Below, one piece after another: positions 32,549 to 34,012 of a stretch of 34,012 bases of DNA. The stretch is taken from IMG/VR virus record IMGVR_UViG_3300036982_000376, positions 1 through 34,012 of that record. One strand, given 5' to 3'. How positions within the stretch are numbered: position 1 is the first letter of the stretch; each line of letters starts with the position of its first letter. The stretch comes from a virus (taxonomy: Duplodnaviria; Caudoviricetes). Under the pieces are notes generated by a model. The model did no database searches. It was not told the origin of the DNA and saw only the letters and a list, made by a program, of their open reading frames with translations. Position numbers and translations under genes: made by a program.

Positions 32549-33190
32549 ATGACGAAGAACGAACTCGCCGCATGGCTGTCGCGCAGCCGCGAACTGTTTC
32601 CGCTTGGCGCGGAGAATGTGTCCGTCTGGTCCGCGTTCACGCAAAGGCTGGCGGCGCTCGACTACGAACGCGCCATCAAGGCGCTCGAGTCCTACGCCGT
32701 CGCATCGAGCGGGCCAGGGAGAAAGTTCGTGCCGGGCATCTACAACGAGCATCTCGAGCGCGTGCCCGACCGCGCGGACAACGCGCGCGCGCACGCGGAG
32801 TCGGCGCAGCGGGTCGCCAGCGAGGTCGCCCGCGGCGCGGCGGCGCAGCGCATCAAGGACCAGCGCGACGCTGATCGCCGCACGGTCGCGACCGCGAATC
32901 CGCTCCATGTCGGCGAGATCGTGGACGAGCTCGTCGCGTCGGGCGCGCCGCGCCCGCCGCTCAAGCCCGAGGAATGGCCCTGGCCGTGGACGCTGGCTGT
33001 CGCCGACATCCTGACCGACCGCGTCCGAGCCGCGCCGACCGAGGCCGGCTACTACGAGCAGGTCCGCGCCGACCACGGCGGCTGGGTGGACGACCCGACC
33101 AAGCCCCTGCGCCCGCTGCCCGCGCGTGAGTGGTGGCGGGTCCACGGCGTCGCGGGGCTGGCCGCGCGCGGCTTCCTGCCAGTCGGGTAG
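32549..33190 (+). CDS. replication protein, helicase loader/inhibitor (SPP1 G39P-like) N-domain
   Basis: MTKNELAAWL...FP...W...LAALDYERAIKALESY...KFVPGI pattern; SD AAGGAG. Confidence 0.55.
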   Translation: MTKNELAAWLSRSRELFPLGAENVSVWSAFTQRLAALDYERAIKALESYAVASSGPGRKFVPGIYNEHLERVPDRADNARAHAESAQRVASEVARGAAAQRIKDQRDADRRTVATANPLHVGEIVDELVASGAPRPPLKPEEWPWPWTLAVADILTDRVRAAPTEAGYYEQVRADHGGWVDDPTKPLRPLPAREWWRVHGVAGLAARGFLPVG

Positions 33191-33385
33191 GGTCTCAGGA
33201 GGGTCCGAGCGCCCGCCGCCTTAGACGCGATCGTAGGCGGTTTGCATATGCAGTCGGCCTATGCAGCGTCCCGATAACTGAATCTGCGGCAATTTCGTCG
33301 GAATTGTGGGGAAAGCGGTGGAATTGGCCGATGTGTGGTGTATCCTCACCACATCGCCGCATGACGCGGCAGAAACGGAGACACG

Positions 33386-33625
33386 ATGCGAAGCCCTGCT
33401 ACGGTCGCGATCAGCACGATCAACCGGTCGACCCTGCCCATGTTCGTCAAGTCGATGCTGTGCCAAGCCGTCGATGACGCGGCCTTCGGCCACACGACCA
33501 CCGCCAACTGGATTCCCGTCCGGTCCTTCACCCGCGAGTTCTGCACGGCGCGCGACCAGACGCGCGTCGAGGACATCATCGCGAACATCGACCTCGGCGC
33601 GATCGCGCGGGGAGGTGGCGCGTGA
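33386..33625 (+). CDS. hypothetical protein, first gene of the early cassette array
   Basis: Hairpin leader and SD GGAG; ends RGGGA* in the junction linker. Confidence 0.7.
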   Translation: MRSPATVAISTINRSTLPMFVKSMLCQAVDDAAFGHTTTANWIPVRSFTREFCTARDQTRVEDIIANIDLGAIARGGGA

Positions 33626-34012
33626 ACGACATTGAAACCATGATCGCGCGCCTGACAGACCGCCAGCGCCATGAGTTCGCCTTGGCCTGTGCGCGGCGCG
33701 TCCAGCATCTGATGCGCGATCCGCGCTCCGTTGCCGCGCTAGACACCCGCGATCGTTGGCTGCGCGGCGAGGCGACGAACGAGGAGATGGCGCGGGCTGC
33801 GCGGGCTGCGGCGGATGCGGCGGATGCGGCGTGGGCTGCGGCGGATGCGGCGTGGGCTGCGGCGTGGGCTGCGTCGGCTGCGGCGAGGGCTGCGGCGTGG
33901 GCTGCGTCGGCTGCGGCGTGGGCTGCGGCGGGGCCTGCGTCGGATGCGGCGCGGGCTGCGGCGTTGGATGCGGCGTTGGCTGCGGCGTTGGCTGCGGCGT
34001 TGGCTGCGGCGG
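33622..34012 (+). CDS. N-terminal part of Ala/Trp-repeat protein, paralogue 1 (runs off window end)
   Basis: GTG start in linker; MNDIETMIARLTDRQRHEFALACARRVQHLMRDPRSVAALDTRDRWLRGEATNEEM followed by AAAW/DAAW/AAAL repeats. Confidence 0.85.
   Translation, partial: MNDIETMIARLTDRQRHEFALACARRVQHLMRDPRSVAALDTRDRWLRGEATNEEMARAARAAADAADAAWAAADAAWAAAWAASAAARAAAWAASAAAWAAAGPASDAARAAALDAALAAALAAALAAA

Overview
A high-GC, near-complete tailed phage genome (Caudoviricetes, siphovirus-like, HK97-type head). Almost every gene is on the + strand. The window starts and ends inside the same Ala/Trp-rich repeat gene family, so it is probably a circular genome broken at that repeat. Order: early accessory genes (Gp157-like, RusA-like, CsrA-like, wHTH, three Ala/Trp-repeat paralogues); metallophosphoesterase; holin/spanin-like genes; tail-fibre-like genes placed upstream of terminase; FkbM-like methyltransferase; terS/terL; a 1050-aa portal-MuF fusion; prohead protease; major capsid; glycosyltransferase; neck and tail genes with a -1 frameshift chaperone and short tape measure; RecT-like annealase, HTH and helicase-loader-like genes. 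I recognised no integrase, cI repressor, polymerase or endolysin. Best candidates for undescribed biology: (1) an early cassette array in which unrelated genes are joined by the same 18-bp SD/stop/start linker (6 copies) and show mosaic gene halves; (2) a hypervariable 12-bp [A/S/D]-A-A-[W/R/G/L] repeat protein family; (3) a shared leader motif on the distant methyltransferase and glycosyltransferase genes, suggesting a virion-modification pair; (4) repeated ATGAY-loop hairpin leaders. All family calls are from motif recognition by eye; no searches were run.
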